Positions 44,284 through 55,059 of a stretch of 64,000 bases of DNA are shown in pieces. The notes below the pieces were generated by a model. It saw nothing but the letters and a program-made list of their open reading frames with translations, did not search any database and was not told where the DNA came from. Each line of letters starts with the position of its first letter. Within the stretch, counting starts at the first letter, position 1. Made by a program: the position numbers and the translations under genes. Source of the DNA: Candidatus Latescibacterota bacterium (lineage in GTDB: Bacteria > Latescibacterota > UBA2968 > GCA-2709665); assembly GCA_963667175.2 (NCBI GenBank), contig CAXXXF010000018.1:160001-224000 (forward strand). The letters run 5' to 3'.

Positions 44284-46788
44284 ATGTCTGACGAGACGAG
44301 GCCAAAGAGCATCGAAGTGATCGACGGGTCGCACGTCCCGGGTGAGGCGCCCGTGTTGAGAAGCAGAGACGTCGTGATCTTTCCCTATATGCTGTCGCCG
44401 TTGTCTGTCGAAAGCGAACAGGCGATCCGGGCGGTGGATACGGCCGTGAACGGCGGACATCGGGTCGTTGCGTTGTTCGGGCAGAAGCCGGATAAGGAAC
44501 AGGAGAAAGCCGAACCAGAGAACGACGGCGGCGAGGAGGAAGCAGAGATTCAAGCCGAGGACCTGTATCAGGTGGGCACCGCGGCGCAGGTGGTCCGGAT
44601 GCAGCGAACGAAGGACGACAAGCTGCAGGTCCTCGTCAACGGGATCGCCCGTGTGGGCCTGGAGTCGCTGGTTCAGACCGCGCCCTATCCGCTGGCGCGA
44701 ATCAGGGTGCTGGACGGCTGGGCCGAAAAGACGAACGAGCTGGAGGCGCTTTCCCAGAACGTGATGGACCTGTTCAAGAAGGCGATGGATCTGGTCCCCA
44801 ATGTGCCCAAGGAGCTGATGGCGGCGCTGGATTCGCTGAGCGAACCGGAACAGAAAGCGGATTTCATCGCGTCCCAGTTCAACCTGAGATTCGAGGAGCG
44901 CCAGGAGGTGTTGTCCGAACTCAACCTCCGGCTACGGTTCGAGTTGATTCACAAGTATCTGACACGGGAAGTCGAAATCCTGGAACTGCGGCAGAAGATT
45001 CAGAGCGATGCCGCGGGGTCGATGGACGAGGCGCAGCGCGAATACTTCCTCCGCCAGCAGCTCAGGGCCATTCGCGAGGAACTGGGCGAGGGCGAGGACG
45101 AGGCCGAAGAGATCGAGGAGTTTCGGGAGAAAATCGAAGCGGCGGGAATGCCTGGCGAAGCGCGGAAGGCCGCCGATCGCGAGCTTTCACGTATGGAGAA
45201 GATGCCAGGCGAGTCCGCGGAATATACGGTGTCGCGGACGTATCTTGACTGGCTGGTCGAACTGCCGTGGAGCAAATCGAGCGAAGACCGAATCGACGTG
45301 GACCGGGCGCAGAAGATCCTGGACGACGACCACTACGGGATCGAAAAGCCGAAGGACCGGATTCTGGAATATCTGGCGGTCCGTGGGCTGAAAAACGACA
45401 TGCGGGGACCTATTCTATGCCTGGTGGGTCCGCCGGGCACGGGGAAGACCTCGCTGGGCCGATCCGTAGCCCGAGCCCTGGACCGCACCTTCGTCCGGAT
45501 ATCGCTGGGCGGCGTGCGGGATGAGTCGGAGGTCCGGGGCCACCGGCGGACCTACGTCGGCGCGCTGCCGGGCCGGATCATCCAGGGGCTGCGGCGGGCG
45601 GGGACAAACAATCCTGTCTTCATGCTGGATGAGATCGATAAACTGGGCGCGGATTTCCGCGGCGACCCGTCGGCGGCGCTGCTGGAGGTGCTGGATCCGG
45701 AGCAGAACTGCCGGTTCGAGGACCATTACCTGGACGTGCCGTTCGATCTTTCACAGGTGATGTTCATTGCCACCGCGAATACCTTGCATACGATTCCGCC
45801 CGCGCTGCTGGACCGGATGGAGGTCCTCGAACTTCCGGGCTATACCGAGCAGGAAAAGCTGCAGATCGCCCGCAGCTACCTGGTGCCCAGGCAGCTCGAA
45901 GAGCACGGCCTGGCGTCCCGGCGGCTGGAGATCGAAAACGACGCATTAACCGGATTGATCCGATTCTACACCCTCGAGGCGGGCTTGCGTAACCTGGAGC
46001 GGGCAGTGGGTACATTGTGCCGGAAGGTGGCGCGCCGGTTCGCACAGGGCCGGAAGCGGAAAGTAAGGGTAAAGACCGCGCATTTGTCCGAGTACCTGGG
46101 GCCCCGCCAGTTCCAGCACGAAATCGCGGAGGACAACGATGAGGTGGGCGTTGCGGCGGGACTGGCGGTGACGTCCGCGGGAGGCGACGTGATGTTCGTG
46201 GAAGCCACGCTGATGCCCGGCGGCGGAAATCTGAATCTGACCGGCCAGGTTGGCGACGTGATGCAGGAATCCGTCCAGGCGGCGATGACGTACGTGCGCT
46301 CAAGGTGGGAGCCTCTGGGGCTGCCCGAAAAATTCAACGAGAAGAAGGACGTGCACGTCCACGCGCCGGCCGGCGCGGTACCCAAAGACGGCCCGTCCGC
46401 GGGAATTACGATGGCCGCCGTGCTGGCGTCGGTGTTTACGGGGCGTCGGGTCCGGAAGGACGTGGCGATGACCGGGGAAATCACGCTGCGCGGCAAGGTG
46501 CTGCCCGTCGGAGGTATACGCGACAAGGTGCTGGCCGCCCACCGAGCGGGCATCCGGAGAATCATCCTGCCAGAAAAAAACCGGAAGGACCTGGAGGACG
46601 TCCCCGGTACCGTCCGGAAGGATATGAAGCTCGTGTTCGCCGACCACATGGACAAAGTGTTGGACACGGCGCTGGCGAAGAAGCGGAAGACGTCCGGCCG
46701 GCGCCGTTCGTCGGGCAACGCGGGCAGACCACCGGTCCGGGCGGGCAACCGCCCCCGGCCGGCCGTACCGGCGGATCCGGAAGGGTGA
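44284..46788 (+). CDS. lon: ATP-dependent Lon protease
   Basis: LON N-domain, GPPGTGKTS, LDEIDK, PKDGPSAG, GGIRDKVLAA. Confidence 0.98.
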   Translation: MSDETRPKSIEVIDGSHVPGEAPVLRSRDVVIFPYMLSPLSVESEQAIRAVDTAVNGGHRVVALFGQKPDKEQEKAEPENDGGEEEAEIQAEDLYQVGTAAQVVRMQRTKDDKLQVLVNGIARVGLESLVQTAPYPLARIRVLDGWAEKTNELEALSQNVMDLFKKAMDLVPNVPKELMAALDSLSEPEQKADFIASQFNLRFEERQEVLSELNLRLRFELIHKYLTREVEILELRQKIQSDAAGSMDEAQREYFLRQQLRAIREELGEGEDEAEEIEEFREKIEAAGMPGEARKAADRELSRMEKMPGESAEYTVSRTYLDWLVELPWSKSSEDRIDVDRAQKILDDDHYGIEKPKDRILEYLAVRGLKNDMRGPILCLVGPPGTGKTSLGRSVARALDRTFVRISLGGVRDESEVRGHRRTYVGALPGRIIQGLRRAGTNNPVFMLDEIDKLGADFRGDPSAALLEVLDPEQNCRFEDHYLDVPFDLSQVMFIATANTLHTIPPALLDRMEVLELPGYTEQEKLQIARSYLVPRQLEEHGLASRRLEIENDALTGLIRFYTLEAGLRNLERAVGTLCRKVARRFAQGRKRKVRVKTAHLSEYLGPRQFQHEIAEDNDEVGVAAGLAVTSAGGDVMFVEATLMPGGGNLNLTGQVGDVMQESVQAAMTYVRSRWEPLGLPEKFNEKKDVHVHAPAGAVPKDGPSAGITMAAVLASVFTGRRVRKDVAMTGEITLRGKVLPVGGIRDKVLAAHRAGIRRIILPEKNRKDLEDVPGTVRKDMKLVFADHMDKVLDTALAKKRKTSGRRRSSGNAGRPPVRAGNRPRPAVPADPEG

Positions 46789-46896
46789 AAGTACGGAGGG
46801 CGACCCCTCGCTGGCGCGTTGCGATGCCCTGGCCGCGGAACCCGCGCGTGATCAAGGGTCTGTGGCGCCAGTGACACTCCCCGGTCAACGTCCGTC

Positions 46897-49554
46897 TCAG
46901 CGGCTCGGAATCTCCCGGGCAACGCGAAAGCCCGCGACGTTCCGTATGTTGTTGCTGGAGGCCTGGTTGCGAGAGCCCGAACGCAAAAGCGGCGAAGGGT
47001 CCTGCCAGGAGCCGCCGCGCAGCACGCGTATGGAGAGGCCGTCCCCGCCCCGGCAGTCATCGCCACCTCTCCAGGCCGAGCCGTCCGACGGCGCGCCCTG
47101 GTAGTTCCCGTGCCAGCAATCCTGTGTCCACTCCCACACGTTTCCGTGAACGTCGTGCAGGCCGAAGGCGTTCGCGGGAAAGGAGCCGACGGGAACCGTC
47201 TGACTCCGATTCACCCCCGAGCCCTCCCAGACCGGGTTCAGATTCGCCTGGTCCGTCGAGATCCTGTCCCCGAAGTGGTAGGGCCCCGTCGTTCCCGCGC
47301 GCGCCGCGTACTCCCACTCCGCCTCGCTCAACAGACGGTACCTGGCGCCCGTATGGGACGACAACCAGTTTACGTACACCTGCGCGTCTTCCCAACTCAC
47401 GAAGATCAGCGGACGATCGCCCCGCCCCCAGCCCCCGTCTTCAGGACTGTAGAAGGTACACGGCGGGCAGGCTTCCCACTCCGCGAACGTCACCTCGTAC
47501 ACGCCCACCGCCAACCGGTACCCGATATCCACCCGGTGCGGCGGGCCGTTGTAATTGGGACCGACGAAGAGACTACCGAACTCCGCGTCCGACATACCCA
47601 TGGTGAACGAACCCGGCGGTATCATCACCATCAGGGGACACTCGGGGCAGTCGCGGAACCGCTCGCCGGGAGTAACCGGAGAATCCGGAGGATCGGGTGG
47701 ATCGGTTACGGGATCCGGTTCGTCTGGAGGTTCGGGCGGCATCGAGCCGTCGTCGAGCGCGCAGCCCGTGTCGTACATGGGCGGGCTGGAGAACCAGATC
47801 GGGTAGCACCACGGATCGAAGGCGGCGATCTTCCCGCCGCTGACCGAGACGTCGTAGCTCCCGTCCCCGTTCCGGCTCACGGATACGGTGACCCCGCCGC
47901 CGACGTCGCGCGACTCGCCGTCACCGATCAGCGAGTAGTCGTCCCGGCCCCAGCCGACGTCGTGGTTGACCTCCGGGTTGCGCGCGTCGTACAGGGCCGG
48001 ACCGAACCGGGCCTGGGTCCCGGTACCCCTGCTCTGATCATAGCGGCTCACCAGGACACCCTCGTAGCGCCGCGGCCGCCGCCCTCCGGACGCGGACGGG
48101 TCGTAAACCCCGAGATCGCGGTCCACAAAGGCTGCGGGTCGCTCCGGCAGTACCTCCAGCGTGGTGAACGCGTATCGACGACCGGAATGGATTGCGAGGA
48201 ACTGATAGCCATCGTCCAAGGGCTTGCTCAGCCTGTAGGTCCCGCTGCCGGCGACGTGGAGAGCCACCTCGTCTGCCTCGATCCATCCGGCGGAATAGCG
48301 ATTGATGGCCAGGGGAGGAGGGAAGTCCGGGCGCCAGCCGAAGGCGCCTTCCAGGGTGAGCTTCGACATGAAGTCGAGCCGGTTGCTGTATGGGTTGGGG
48401 GCGCCGAACGAACCGCCGGGCTGGGGCTGCCATTGCAGTTCCGTAAAGGAGTGAGGCCATTCCATCCACCCGTGCCCCATCTCGTGAAGGATGGTCGGCA
48501 TGTAGGCCTCGCTCAGGTGGATGAGCCCCAGACTGCCGAAGGCGTTGGAGGCGGCCCCTCCCGTATCGCTGGTGATGTCGCTGAAGAGGATGCGGCTCAA
48601 TCCGCCGGGATATCCACGCCAGGGGCATCCCTGGTGCGGGGCACTGCAATCGGCAACCTCCAGCCACATATAGGTCCGCGCCAGAGCGAACCACCCGGTC
48701 CCGTGGGTCCTCCCTCCTTTTTCGTGCAGGTCGATGTCCAGGCCGGCGCGGAAAGTGACGCGGAACTTGCCCTCCGATACCCTCTGCCAATAGGGCGCGA
48801 CGTGGGTATTCAGCAGGGCGACCGCCTCCTCCATGCTCATCGCCACGCGCGAGCCGTCGTCGTCATCCCAGACCCGGGCATACGAAGGGAATCGGGCGAT
48901 ATCCACCCATATATCGAGATCGCCCAGGGTGTAGTAGGTCGGATCGGCGGGCGGATCGAGGTGGGTGCGGTCGGGATACTTGTCCATGGGGGTACAGCCT
49001 TCGAAGCTCTGGTCGCCGTAGCGCAGGTAGCTGCCGTTCCCGTACCAGCGAATGAGGGAAAGGGGGTCGCTGCCGCCGAGATCTTCGAGGCCGGCCTCGA
49101 TCCACGGTGACGAGGTCTTCTCCTCGGCGGCGCAGGAGTACGGCGCCGACTCCCTCCACCAGGGTTGGGAGGGGATATTGTTCCAACGAAGGGCAAAGGG
49201 GTCGTCCGACGCGCCGCCGTTTGAGGACGGCGCCTTTTTGCCGAAGGCTCCCGCAAAGGTCAGAAAGTCCGAAAACCCGATACTGCCGTCGCCATTCAGG
49301 TCGTACTTCGCGTCGTACTTTGCATCGCCCCGACCGGATCCGAACGCGCCTGCGAAGGCCACGAAATCGGAGAAGCCGACCGATCCGTCACCGTCAAAGT
49401 CGGACATGAGGGCGGTGTTGTCATCGCCGGCATGGACGATGCCCGCGCGTGACGCCGCGGGATGGCTCTCCGTATCGGAACCCGTTGCGGCCTGGCATGC
49501 GAGTGCCAGCAACCCGAGCCGGGCTATGGACAACAATCTCGTTCTGTCGAACAT
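46897..49554 (-). CDS. Secreted protein: dockerin-like EF-hand, metzincin-like (M6/M11-like) metalloprotease, Pro linker, FGE-sulfatase (SUMF1) domain
   Basis: [22 protein letters not shown]; [13 protein letters not shown] with DFMS Met-turn; [55 protein letters not shown]. Confidence 0.88.
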   Translation of the reverse strand: MFDRTRLLSIARLGLLALACQAATGSDTESHPAASRAGIVHAGDDNTALMSDFDGDGSVGFSDFVAFAGAFGSGRGDAKYDAKYDLNGDGSIGFSDFLTFAGAFGKKAPSSNGGASDDPFALRWNNIPSQPWWRESAPYSCAAEEKTSSPWIEAGLEDLGGSDPLSLIRWYGNGSYLRYGDQSFEGCTPMDKYPDRTHLDPPADPTYYTLGDLDIWVDIARFPSYARVWDDDDGSRVAMSMEEAVALLNTHVAPYWQRVSEGKFRVTFRAGLDIDLHEKGGRTHGTGWFALARTYMWLEVADCSAPHQGCPWRGYPGGLSRILFSDITSDTGGAASNAFGSLGLIHLSEAYMPTILHEMGHGWMEWPHSFTELQWQPQPGGSFGAPNPYSNRLDFMSKLTLEGAFGWRPDFPPPLAINRYSAGWIEADEVALHVAGSGTYRLSKPLDDGYQFLAIHSGRRYAFTTLEVLPERPAAFVDRDLGVYDPSASGGRRPRRYEGVLVSRYDQSRGTGTQARFGPALYDARNPEVNHDVGWGRDDYSLIGDGESRDVGGGVTVSVSRNGDGSYDVSVSGGKIAAFDPWCYPIWFSSPPMYDTGCALDDGSMPPEPPDEPDPVTDPPDPPDSPVTPGERFRDCPECPLMVMIPPGSFTMGMSDAEFGSLFVGPNYNGPPHRVDIGYRLAVGVYEVTFAEWEACPPCTFYSPEDGGWGRGDRPLIFVSWEDAQVYVNWLSSHTGARYRLLSEAEWEYAARAGTTGPYHFGDRISTDQANLNPVWEGSGVNRSQTVPVGSFPANAFGLHDVHGNVWEWTQDCWHGNYQGAPSDGSAWRGGDDCRGGDGLSIRVLRGGSWQDPSPLLRSGSRNQASSNNIRNVAGFRVAREIPSR

Positions 49555-49589
49555 GCGCGCCTCGGCTCGAAATCTCGAACCGCCGGTTG

Positions 49590-49830
49590 CGGACCCGCGC
49601 GAACGGGCTGGTTTGCCGCATGGTTGCGCGCGCGGCGACCGTAATCGAATTCCAAAACGCTCATTTCGACGAGATCGACGCCGTTAGAGCCGCCGTGCAG
49701 CGCTTTGGCCTTTCCATGAGCGATCGAACTGGCGCGCCGGGACGAGCCATTATCCAGGGGGTCGGCGTCTGTAATGAGGAGCAGATCGACATCCGAGTCC
49801 CGTCCAACGTCGCCCTGGCCGCCGAACCCG
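49590..49830 (-). pseudogene. Remnant of the MNT nucleotidyltransferase domain (paralog of 55060-55839)
   Basis: GDVGRDSDVDLLLITDADPLDNG...AHGKAKALHGG..VDLVEM...GRRARNH; GS motif and HEPN part lost. Confidence 0.8.
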
Positions 49831-49893
49831 CGCGTGATCAAGGGTCCGTGGCGCTAATGATAGCTAATGATACTCCCCCGGTCAACGCCTTTC

Positions 49894-50238
49894 TCAACGG
49901 TTCGGAATCTCCCGGGCAACGCGAAAGCCCGCGACGTTCCGTATGTTGTTGCTGGAGGCCTGGCTGCGAAAGCTCGAACGGACAATCGGCGAAGGATTCA
50001 CCCAGGAGCCGCCGCGCAGCACGCGCCAAGAGAGGTCGTTCCCCGCCCCGGCAATCATCGCCACCTCCCCAGGCCGAGCTGAAATTCGCCTGGTCCGTCG
50101 AGATCCTGTCCCCGAAGTGGCAGGGCCCCGTCGTTCCCCGCGCGCGCCGCGTACTCCCACTCCGCCTCGCTCAACAGACGGCGCCTGGCGTCCGTGTGAG
50201 ACGACAGCCAGTTCACGTACACCTGGGCGTCTTCCCAC
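49894..50238 (-). pseudogene. Deleted and frameshifted FGE-sulfatase remnant of duplication unit 2
   Basis: DNA matches 46897-47081 and ~47240-47396 of copy 1, with the intervening segments missing and 1-nt indels. Confidence 0.85.
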
Positions 50239-50244
50239 CGGCGT

Positions 50245-52071
50245 TTACTGCGGATTCGGTTGGCCGTCGTCCAGTGTGCAGCCCGTGTCGTACATGGGCG
50301 GGTTGGAGAACGAGATCGGGTAGCACCACGGCTCGAACGACGCGATCTTCCCGCCGCTGACCGCGACGTCGTAGCTGCCGTCCCCGTTCCGGCTCACGGA
50401 TACGGTGACCCCGCCGCCGACGTCGCGCGATTCGCCATCGCCGATCAGCGAGTAGTCGTCCCGGCCCCAGCCGACATCGTGGTTGACCTCCGGGTTGCGC
50501 GCGTCGTACAGGGCAGGACCGAACCGGGCCCGGGTCCCGGTACCCCGAGTCTGGTCGTAGCGGCTCACCAGTACGCCCTCGTAGCGTAGCGCACGCTGTC
50601 CCCCGGGCGCCGACGGGTCGTAAACGCCGGAATGGCCGTCCACGAAGGCTGCGGGGCGCTCGGGCAGCACCTCCAGCGTGGTGAACGCGTATCGACGGCC
50701 GGAATGGATTGCGAGGAACTGATTGCCGTCGTCAAACGGCTTGCTCAGCCTGTAGGTCCCGCTTCCGGCGACGTGGAGAGCCACCTCGTCTGCCTCGATC
50801 CATCCGGCGGAATAGCGATTGACGGCCAGGGGAGGAGGGAAGTCCTGGCGCCAGCCGAAGGTGTCGCCAAGGGTGAGCTTCGACATGAAGTCGAAGCGGT
50901 TGCTGTAGGGGTCGGGGGCTTCGAACGAACCGCCGCGCCGGGGCTGCCACAGCAGTTCCGCAAAGGAGTGAGGCCACGACATCCACCCGTGCCCCATCTC
51001 GTGGAGGATGGTCGCCATGTAGGCCTCGCTCAGGTGGATGAGCCCCAGACTGCCGAAGGCATTGGAGGCGGCCCCTCCCGTATCGCTGGTGACGTCGCTG
51101 AAGAGGATGCGGCTCAATCCGCCGGGCTCGCCACGCCAGGGGCACCTCCGACTTGCCCCGCTGCAATCTGCCACCTGTTTCCACAGGATAGTCCGCGCCA
51201 GATAGAACCACCCGGTCCCCATGGCCCTCACTTCACTTTCCCCAAGGTCGATTTCCTCACCGGCGCGGAACGTGACGCGGAACTTGCCTTCCGATACCCT
51301 ATCCCAATAGGGCGCGACGTGGGTATTCAGCAGGTCGACCGCCTCCTCCATGCTCATCGCCACGCGCGAGCCGTCGTCGTCATCCCAGACCCGGGCATAC
51401 GACGGAAATCGGGCGATATCCACCCAGATATCGAGATCGCCCAGGGTGTAGTAGGTCGGATCGGCGGGCGGATCGCGGTGGGTGCGGTCGGGATACCTGA
51501 CCATGGGAGTACAGCCTTCGAAGCTCTGGTCGCCGTAGCGCAGGTAGCTGCCGTTCCCGTACCAGCGGATCAGGGAGAGCGGGTCGGTGCCGCCGAGGTC
51601 TTCGAGGCCGGCCTCGATCCACGGTGACGAGGTCTTCTCCTCGGCGGCGCAGGAGTACGGCGCCGACTCCCTCCACCAGGGTTGGGAGGGGATATTGTTC
51701 CAACGAAGGGCGAAGGGGTCGTCCGACGCGCCGCCGTTTGAGGGCGGCGCCTCTTTGCCGAAGTCTCCCGCAAAGGTCAGAAAGTCCGAAAACCCGATAC
51801 TGCCGTCGCCATTCAGATCGTACTTCGCGTCGTACTTTGCATCGCCCCGGCCGGCTCCGAACGCGCCTGCGAAGGCCACGAAATCGGAGAAGCCGACCGA
51901 TCCGTCACCGTCAAAGTCGGACATGAGGGCGGTGTTGTCATCGCCGGCATGGACGATGACCGCGCGTGACGCCGCAGGATGGCTCTCCGTATCGGAACCC
52001 GTTGCGGCCTGACACGCGAATGCCAGCAACACGAGCCGGGCTATGGACAGCAATCTCGTTTTGCTATACAC
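50245..52071 (-). CDS. Secreted dockerin-like plus metalloprotease paralog lacking the FGE domain
   Basis: Near-identical to the N-terminal ~600 aa of 46897-49554; [13 protein letters not shown]; stops where the linker begins in copy 1. Confidence 0.85.
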   Translation of the reverse strand: MYSKTRLLSIARLVLLAFACQAATGSDTESHPAASRAVIVHAGDDNTALMSDFDGDGSVGFSDFVAFAGAFGAGRGDAKYDAKYDLNGDGSIGFSDFLTFAGDFGKEAPPSNGGASDDPFALRWNNIPSQPWWRESAPYSCAAEEKTSSPWIEAGLEDLGGTDPLSLIRWYGNGSYLRYGDQSFEGCTPMVRYPDRTHRDPPADPTYYTLGDLDIWVDIARFPSYARVWDDDDGSRVAMSMEEAVDLLNTHVAPYWDRVSEGKFRVTFRAGEEIDLGESEVRAMGTGWFYLARTILWKQVADCSGASRRCPWRGEPGGLSRILFSDVTSDTGGAASNAFGSLGLIHLSEAYMATILHEMGHGWMSWPHSFAELLWQPRRGGSFEAPDPYSNRFDFMSKLTLGDTFGWRQDFPPPLAVNRYSAGWIEADEVALHVAGSGTYRLSKPFDDGNQFLAIHSGRRYAFTTLEVLPERPAAFVDGHSGVYDPSAPGGQRALRYEGVLVSRYDQTRGTGTRARFGPALYDARNPEVNHDVGWGRDDYSLIGDGESRDVGGGVTVSVSRNGDGSYDVAVSGGKIASFEPWCYPISFSNPPMYDTGCTLDDGQPNPQ

Positions 52072-52736
52072 GAGCGCCTCTCCCGATCAATACCGATTCA
52101 GTGTGAAGGACGTCCGATGCAACACCAGCCTGTCCTGCGGACGTCCGGCCCGGCCCTGCCGGCTGGCGCCGTTCTGTTCACCTTACATGCAAATAACCGA
52201 GTCCGAAACACCCGTAAAGCCTTGCGAGATGGAAGTTGCGCCTTTATCAAATTTCTCAATATGATACACTGCAATATATAATTTAGTGATTTATGAACCG
52301 ATATGCAATAAATTCGTCGCAAAATAAAACACGGCGCCGTCGGATTCCGTATTGCTTAGCCAGAAGTATTGCATGAATATGAAACTTAACGGAACGGTAT
52401 TTTGGGAAGCAGGAAGTGTTCCCGAGAAGGGAAAATAGAGATATTGCCAGACGTAGTGGATGGCGGGGAGCGCATGCGGAAGGATTAAGCGGCGGCTATG
52501 AGAAAGGGATGGATCGGCCGGCGTAAAACGGCGTGTGTCGCAAAGCCGCAACCCTGCGGAGGAATATCACGAAGACGTGCTGGGGACGAAGACCGGTGAA
52601 GGTTAATGGACAACAGAAAGGGTCGAAGCCGCTCTTGCGCGCCTCGACCCTTAATTTGTCTGTGATCAATCACCTGCATCTGGCGATCCGCGGGTGGATG
52701 GCGCCGTCTATCCGGCGCCAGGAACGAACCAGGCCG

Positions 52737-53515
52737 TTATTCCTCCGTTCGAGTCAGCGCGCGGATTCGGGCGATAATCGCCTCGACCGTCTCGGTGACC
52801 ACAGTAAGCAGCGCTAACCGATCCTCCACGACGACCTGTGCGCCTTCATGTCGGTAACGTACAGCATACCGGGTCAGCCACGTAAGCCGCTCGCCGGCGT
52901 CGGTGTCGTTTTCGGCGGAATGTTCACGATCGCGGCCAGGTCCGCCAGGTCGTGTGTATTGACGTAGTCCGCGTCGAGCGCGGAAATCCAGCCCTTCAGG
53001 GCGTTTTCAAGTGCCTGTTGTGCCGTAAATCCGATGAGTTCCTGAGAAGACCGGCGGTCTTCCGTGAGCACTTCCAGATCGCTGAGACAGCGCTGGGAAT
53101 TGGCAATGCGCTGCTTGATGTCGGGCCAGTTGCTCGGCGCCGGATTGTCGTAGTTTACTTTATCGCCATTGGTGTCGAAACCGTCGCGGACGGCCTGGCC
53201 CGCCACGTGGTTGCGCGCGCGGCGACCGTAATGGAAATCCACGACACTCATTTCGACGAGGTCGACGCCGACGGAACCGCCGTACAGCGCTCTGGCCTTG
53301 CCGTGAGCGATCGAACCGGCGCGTTGGTACGAGCCGTTGTCCAGGGGACCGGCGTCTGTAATGACGAGCAGATCGACGTCCGATTCCGGATTGAAATCGC
53401 CCCGGGCGCGTAAGCCGAACAGGATGACGCGGCCCGGATGGACCGCGTCGCCAACGGCTCGCGCCACGGCGCAGGCTTTCGGATCGGGTGCGTTACGTGT
53501 CGGGAGCTTTGCCAT
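52737..53515 (-). pseudogene. MNT-HEPN fusion, frameshifted copy
   Basis: LFGLRARG (catalytic GS changed to GL), DVD; net 4-nt deletion near 52922 relative to the intact copy; homologous frame continues to TAA at 52737-52739. Confidence 0.82.
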
Positions 53516-53597
53516 TGTAGACGTAACCCTTTTGCGCCGCTTGGCCGTTTTGCGTCCAACCGCCGAGCGGCGTCAGGGACTTGATTGAGGTCTCGGC

Positions 53598-54965
53598 TCA
53601 GCCCGTCCAGGGCCCGGTGATGGCCAGGGTAATTCCGGGCGACTGGATGTTGGCGAAGAGCGTGCGGCCGTCGGGCGAGAACGTGGCGCCTGCGAACTCG
53701 GACTCGTTAAAGGCGTTGCGGCCGAGCTTGTAGAGCCGCCCCTCCGGAGTGACCCCCACCAGGTGGTTGTCCCCGCCGCCGTCCTCGCACAGCACGAGGT
53801 CGCCCCAGGGCGCCACCGTCAGGTTGTCGCAGTTCTCCACCAGGTTGCCGTCGTTGGGCTCGATGAACAGCTCCAGCGTCCCGGGCGAGGCCGTCTCGTC
53901 GGACGTCCCCTCGCCGGGGCCTGGCTCGTAACGCCACACCTGCCCCTTCTTCTCCCTGCCGCCGCTGGTGCAGGCAAAGTAGACGGCCTCCCGGCCGTAC
54001 CACATGCCCTCGCCGCGGGCGAATCGGGCGGCGCCTTTGTCGAATCCCTGGTTGCGCAGGTCATTGTTCGGGGACTCCACGTCCTCCACGTCGACCCAGG
54101 CCGCGGCCAGGCGGTCCCCGGGAGCGACGGTCTGCGACTCGTGGTTGGTCGTGTCCATGCTCGGCCGGTCGCGGGCCATGAGCGCCTGCAGCCGGCCACC
54201 GGCCGCGAGATTCCCGGGCTCGTCGGGCAGGTAGCGGTAGATGAGGCCGTCGCCGGCGTCCTCGGTCTGATAGACGATGCCCGTCGCCGGATGGACGGCC
54301 ACGGCCTCATGGTTGAAGCGGCCCATCGCCTTCAGGGCCACCGGATCCGCCGGCCCCGTGGCCGGTCCCACCGGGACCTCGAAGTTGTACCCGTGGTCCT
54401 GTTCGTGGTTGTCGTCCGCGCGCTGGGTCGTCTCCTCGCAGGTGATCCAGCTTCCCCAGGGCGTGAGGCCGCCGGCGCAGTTGCGCACGGTACCGGCGAG
54501 GCTGAGATAGTGTTTCTCCGGCTCACCGGAGGGGCCGAGCACGAAGGTCGTCGTCCCTCCCTGCGGCGGGTCTCCGCGGCCCCAGTCGTAGAACCGCTCG
54601 CGCGGCAGCTTGCCGAGACGCTCGTTCTCATCGCCGAAGGCGCCGACCTTGCGGGCCCCCGCACCGAGTTCGTGGTTGCAGACCAGCAGGGTCCGTCCCT
54701 CCGCCCCGGGAAAGGCGGCCATGGCGTCGGGCAGCCCCGGCGCCCGCAGGCCATCGTCCATCTCGACGCCCGTGCGGGAGATCACCCGGTAGGTGAAGCC
54801 CGCGGGCAGGTCGACGATCCCATCCGGATCCGGTCGCATGGGGCCGTAGCCCGCGGCGATCCTCTCATCGGGGGCCTCCCCCCAGACCACATGGTGCTGC
54901 AGCCCCTGGAATCCCAGGGTGACGGCGGCAGCTGACTTCAGGAACTGCCTTCTGGAGACGGGCAT
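53598..54965 (-). CDS. phoX: Tat-exported PhoX-family (DUF839) alkaline phosphatase
   Basis: SRRQFLK Tat motif; NHE, NCAGGLTPWGSWITCEE, GRFNHEAVA, RGEG, DN, CED, EFAGATFSPDG, NIQSPG. Confidence 0.9.
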   Translation of the reverse strand: MPVSRRQFLKSAAAVTLGFQGLQHHVVWGEAPDERIAAGYGPMRPDPDGIVDLPAGFTYRVISRTGVEMDDGLRAPGLPDAMAAFPGAEGRTLLVCNHELGAGARKVGAFGDENERLGKLPRERFYDWGRGDPPQGGTTTFVLGPSGEPEKHYLSLAGTVRNCAGGLTPWGSWITCEETTQRADDNHEQDHGYNFEVPVGPATGPADPVALKAMGRFNHEAVAVHPATGIVYQTEDAGDGLIYRYLPDEPGNLAAGGRLQALMARDRPSMDTTNHESQTVAPGDRLAAAWVDVEDVESPNNDLRNQGFDKGAARFARGEGMWYGREAVYFACTSGGREKKGQVWRYEPGPGEGTSDETASPGTLELFIEPNDGNLVENCDNLTVAPWGDLVLCEDGGGDNHLVGVTPEGRLYKLGRNAFNESEFAGATFSPDGRTLFANIQSPGITLAITGPWTG

Positions 54966-55059
54966 CTACTCGATCCTCCCTCAGTATTCAACATACAAAT
55001 TCAAATCACCGGGCTCCAGTTTGGAGCGGAATGCGTTTCTACGGGTTGAAACCGGGTAG

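Larger units (their letters stand above)
46826..52073. repeat. Tandem segmental duplication: unit 1 ~46826-49556, unit 2 ~49812-52073 (internally deleted)
   Basis: Near-identical DNA from GCCCTGGCCGC.GAACCCGCGCGTGATCAAGGGTC through the FGE 3' end and the whole protease gene. Confidence 0.9.

Noticed and set aside
46897-50238. DGR variable/template repeat pair (FGE C-terminus at 46897-47081 versus copy at 49894-50079)
   Set aside because: Mismatches are not adenine-specific on either copy (many C/T, G/C and T/G changes, plus indels), the similarity extends over kilobases, and no reverse transcriptase or Avd gene is in the window. Tandem duplication explains it.
52080-52730. Gene or origin-like element in the AT-rich 650-bp gap
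   Set aside because: ORFs are short and featureless, and there are no DnaA-box or iteron arrays; most likely the promoter region of the protease
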